DNA from: Deltaproteobacteria bacterium
GTDB taxonomy: Bacteria; Desulfobacterota; DSM-4660; Desulfatiglandales; HGW-15
Direction of reading: 5' to 3'
NCBI GenBank assembly: GCA_020060805.1
Contig: JAGUZM010000002.1
Span: 1-36,269, forward strand
Length of the DNA: 36,269 nt
Positions 33,897-36,269 of the stretch are shown here, piece after piece. The notes under the pieces are model-generated. The model searched no databases. It saw nothing but the letters and a program-made list of their open reading frames with translations, and had not been told where the DNA came from. The number at the start of each line of letters is the position of its first letter. The first letter of the stretch is position 1. The translations under genes were made by a program, and so were the position numbers.

Positions 33897-34394
33897 ATGG
33901 CATCGAGAAAGATCGAGGATCTTCATGAGAGCGTCAGGAGCAAGGCGGAGGCCTTCCTTCGTGAATGTGGAGAGAGAGGCATTGCCATCCTGATCACATG
34001 CACCTTGCGAAGCATGGAGGAACAGGCGGCACTCTATGCTCAGGGAAGGGAGGAGGTTACAAAGGTCAACGAACTGAGAAGGCTCGCAGGGATGCCGCCC
34101 CTGGGGCCTGAGAACAGGATTGTTACCAACGCAAGGCCTGGATATTCTCTTCACAACTTCGGGCTGGCCTTTGACGTAGTGCCCCTCGATGGAGGAAAGC
34201 CCATATGGAATTCATCCCATCCCGTCTGGCAGCGGATAGGGAATAACGGGAAAGGCGTCGGACTCGAATGGGCCGGAGAGTGGAAGAGGTTCAGGGAGTA
34301 TCCCCATTTTCAGTACACATGCGGCCTTACCCTTGCCGAGATCCGAGAAGGGAAAAGGCCTGTGATCGAAACCGTACCTGTGGGGCTGTCATGA
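33897..34394 (+). CDS. M15-family peptidoglycan peptidase (VanY / L-alanyl-D-glutamate peptidase-like, endolysin-type)
   Basis: Start ATG 33897 (GGGAGGA upstream). Zinc ligands lie in GYSLHNFGLAFD and EYPHFQY. No signal peptide. Confidence 0.85.
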   Translation: MASRKIEDLHESVRSKAEAFLRECGERGIAILITCTLRSMEEQAALYAQGREEVTKVNELRRLAGMPPLGPENRIVTNARPGYSLHNFGLAFDVVPLDGGKPIWNSSHPVWQRIGNNGKGVGLEWAGEWKRFREYPHFQYTCGLTLAEIREGKRPVIETVPVGLS

Positions 34395-35416
34395 TAATCA
34401 ATTGCCATTGCCACATCTTCAGCCTGGAGTATGTTCCGAAGGGGTTCAGGAATCGATTCCTCCTGGACACTCGGAACCCCCTACATCGACTCATCCACCG
34501 GCTGCTCAGGACCATTCTCCCCGATGGGTCCAGCCTCGAGAACTTTCTTGATTTCGCCGGCCTTGCCATTTCCGAGATCTCAGAGACATTGGTCAAGGAG
34601 ATGGACCAGGCAGGGATCGAATTGTGTACACCCCTCATGATGGACATGGAATTTTGCGAACCATTCGGCGGTCAGGTGAAGTGCTTCGAAGATCAGATCT
34701 CGGAGACGATTGAAGCCGTCGAGGCGATGAACAGGAAGAGCGGCCGGCCGCGTATGCTGCCCTTCATCGCCGCCGATCCTCGGAGGAAGGATGTGGTAGA
34801 CATTGTGATCGGTGCACTTCAAGGAGGAGCATTCAAAGGTGTGAAGATCTACCCGGTTATGGGATTCACACCGGATGACCGGAGACTATATCCCATTTAC
34901 GATTATTGCATGAGAAACGAGATCCCCGTCACCACGCATTGCGAGAACGGAGGTGTCCCCGGGCTTGACGATTATTACCACCTGGCCCACCCGGGTTATT
35001 GGAAGACCGTTATATCGGATTTCCCAGAGCTGAAGCTGAACCTCGCCCACAACGACCGGACTGGGAACTCGTGGCAGCCGGTGATCACAGACTTGATCAT
35101 GATGTACCCCAACGTCTACACGGATATTTCCTACGACAGGGAGATGTTCTACAAGCCCGCGAGATATTTCAAGAGCATCAAGACGATGCTGAACACTCCC
35201 AAGCTCCAGGAAAGAGTTCTTTATGGAACGGACTGGTACATGGGAAGGTATCTCTGGACGGAAGCCTCCTACCTCAACTGGTTCACCGCATACTCCAGGA
35301 AGATCCCGTGGTGCCGCATCGAATTCACCGAGGACGAGATAAGAAGACTGACGGAAGAGAACCCCAGGTCCTTCCTGGGCATGAACCGAATCAAAGCGAC
35401 CTGTCGGAGGCATTGA
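34391..35416 (+). CDS. amidohydrolase-superfamily (TIM-barrel metal-dependent hydrolase) protein
   Basis: ATG 34391 overlaps the M15 stop (ATGA). MIINCHCHIF carries the HxH metal motif. Further ligand-like motifs are VTTHC, NLAHND and YGTDWY. Confidence 0.8.
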   Translation: MIINCHCHIFSLEYVPKGFRNRFLLDTRNPLHRLIHRLLRTILPDGSSLENFLDFAGLAISEISETLVKEMDQAGIELCTPLMMDMEFCEPFGGQVKCFEDQISETIEAVEAMNRKSGRPRMLPFIAADPRRKDVVDIVIGALQGGAFKGVKIYPVMGFTPDDRRLYPIYDYCMRNEIPVTTHCENGGVPGLDDYYHLAHPGYWKTVISDFPELKLNLAHNDRTGNSWQPVITDLIMMYPNVYTDISYDREMFYKPARYFKSIKTMLNTPKLQERVLYGTDWYMGRYLWTEASYLNWFTAYSRKIPWCRIEFTEDEIRRLTEENPRSFLGMNRIKATCRRH

Positions 35417-35560
35417 AGAGACCTCGGAAGATGACCCCGACCTTTCCTATTCACCCCGGCCTGACCCCTCCATTCACAGCCTGCCTGAGCATCAATTCTG
35501 ATAGAAAAACCCCAGCGAGAAGCCTTTCCAATTTCAGATCCCGGACAGGAGAAGAGGATG

Positions 35561-35719
35561 GCCGCCCCCTGGACGGGTGCGGCTTTGCTCATGGCAGGCC
35601 TGGTGGGTAGGGCAAGACCCTGGACGGGTCTTGCTGATCAGCCCTGAGGGAGTCGGGTCTGGACGGCCCTCCTTGCGGTACCGCATCGATCGTGCTGCAG
35701 GTCCGGTCTGGACGACCGG
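35561..35719 (+). repeat. array of four hairpins sharing a TGGAC pentaloop (REP-like)
   Basis: H1 35561-35583 gccgccccc/tggac/gggtgcggc. H2 35612-35634 gcaagaccc/tggac/gggtcttgc. H3 35655-35669 gggtc/tggac/ggccc. H4 35703-35719 ccggtc/tggac/gaccgg. Confidence 0.6.
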
Positions 35720-35829
35720 CCCTTGAACAGCCTTGGTGGGTTCCACGAGATATGTGGTTTGGCTGAGGAAGCAGGCTTCAATCTATCTTACATGTATTGA
35801 GCCTTTAGGTGAGCCTGCTTACTATCCTG

Positions 35830-35857
35830 CCCCCGCCCCCCCGCCCCCCCGCCCCCC
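35830..35857 (+). repeat. C5-G-C7-G-C7-G-C6 simple repeat (G-quadruplex/i-motif capable)
   Basis: Read directly: cccccgcccccccgcccccccgcccccc. Confidence 0.9.
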
Positions 35858-36173
35858 TGGTTCCATGCTGTGTGCTTCCTGGACCGTGCCGTCACAGTTT
35901 TTGCAGTTCCAGATTCATCGTCGTCCAACGAAATAGAGTCATGGTGAGTGCTATCTCCCTCATTCCATCAATGCCAGGCAAAAACTGCGCCGGCACTCCG
36001 CCCTGCTCGACCCCACGTCCTTCTTACTGACAACGCTCTTTCCACCACCAATAGAAGGACCCGCCCACCCACCCTTAAAGGAAGGACTTTTAGCCCCTCT
36101 CAACAACGCTTTCCATTGTCCCTCCATAAAGGGAGCAACTCAAGGTAGTAGGGCTAAGAGCTGCGAGGTGCCC

Positions 36174-36218
36174 CCAAAAAAGATCACTGCACCATATTCT
36201 AAAGGAGATCTTTTTTGG
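36174..36218. repeat. perfect 12-bp inverted repeat CCAAAAAAGATC ... GATCTTTTTTGG with a 21-nt spacer
   Basis: Arms at 36174-36185 and 36207-36218, verified base by base. Confidence 0.8.
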
Positions 36219-36269
36219 CTCCCCCACGCATCTCTAAGCCCTCTCCACCTTGACTTGCCCCCTTTATTC

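Noticed and set aside
34886-35746. ORFs 34886..35413(-), 34999..35610(+), 35269..35592(-), 35534..35746(-) and the 29-codon ORF from ATG 35558 (MAAPWTGAALLMAGLVGRARPWTGLADQP)
   Set aside because: The first ones overlap the amidohydrolase gene out of frame. The rest cover the hairpin array, where the repeated palindromic DNA motif explains the repeated PWTG-like peptides. The 29-codon ORF has an RBS, so it cannot be fully excluded.
35733-36148. Short plus-strand ORFs (67, 73 and 66 aa) in the right-hand tail, including poly-Pro stretches
   Set aside because: The proline runs are simply the translated (C7G)n tract. There is no RBS, and the overlapping frames are mutually exclusive. The region looks non-coding.
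1-36269. Scan for tRNA/rRNA genes and CRISPR arrays
   Set aside because: I found no T-loop-like GGTTCGAATCC-type motifs, no rRNA-like conserved blocks and no regularly spaced 25-40 bp direct repeats. The only phased repeats are the three 17-mers at 696-762 and the hairpin array at 35561-35719, neither of which is CRISPR-like.

Overview
Mosaic 36.3-kb bacterial window. I see no rRNA, tRNA or CRISPR array by eye. GC statements below are visual estimates, not computed. (1) 1 to ~800 is GC-richer DNA. It holds a zinc-ribbon/Arg-rich ORF, the first codons of a gene leaving the window, and three direct repeats in exact 25-bp register. (2) ~860 to ~24,270 is a visibly AT-richer block, almost all on the minus strand. 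It starts with an IS200-type tnpA and a lipocalin-like gene. Most of it is a long GntR-headed catabolic operon: etfB, ferredoxin-fused etfA, an ACAD, a frameshifted IS200-like tnpA, a second ACAD, an acyl-CoA ligase, an MmgE/PrpD gene split by an intact IS21 element with a 5-bp target duplication, a LivKHMGF-type ABC importer, an FAD flavoprotein, a third ACAD and an adenine-deaminase-like amidohydrolase. A divergent XRE/ImmA-like regulator there has a destroyed HExxH motif. (3) ~24,270 to 36,269 is GC-rich DNA. It opens with decayed genes: a 5'-truncated and frameshifted abiEi, a frameshifted abiEii, and a histidine-kinase tail. Two adjacent HDOD signalling genes and an internal enolase gene fragment follow. 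The most interesting part comes next: a compact plus-strand cluster (29,752-35,416) whose products all lack signal peptides. It encodes an Arg/Lys-rich disordered ORF start/stop-overlapped (ATGA) with a clostripain-like C11 (clan CD) protease, a tail-anchored coiled-coil/glycine-zipper protein, an HU-like protein, a single-HKD PLD/Nuc-like nuclease, a His-rich unknown protein, and an M15 peptidoglycan peptidase overlapped (ATGA) with an amidohydrolase. I propose it as a candidate uncharacterised protease-gated self-destruction/defence module, or alternatively a lysis-type remnant of a mobile element. The last ~850 bp look non-coding. They carry four hairpins with identical TGGAC loops and compensatory stem changes, a (C7G)n tract and further inverted repeats. 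All family calls rest on motif recognition from the translated ORFs; no database search was run.
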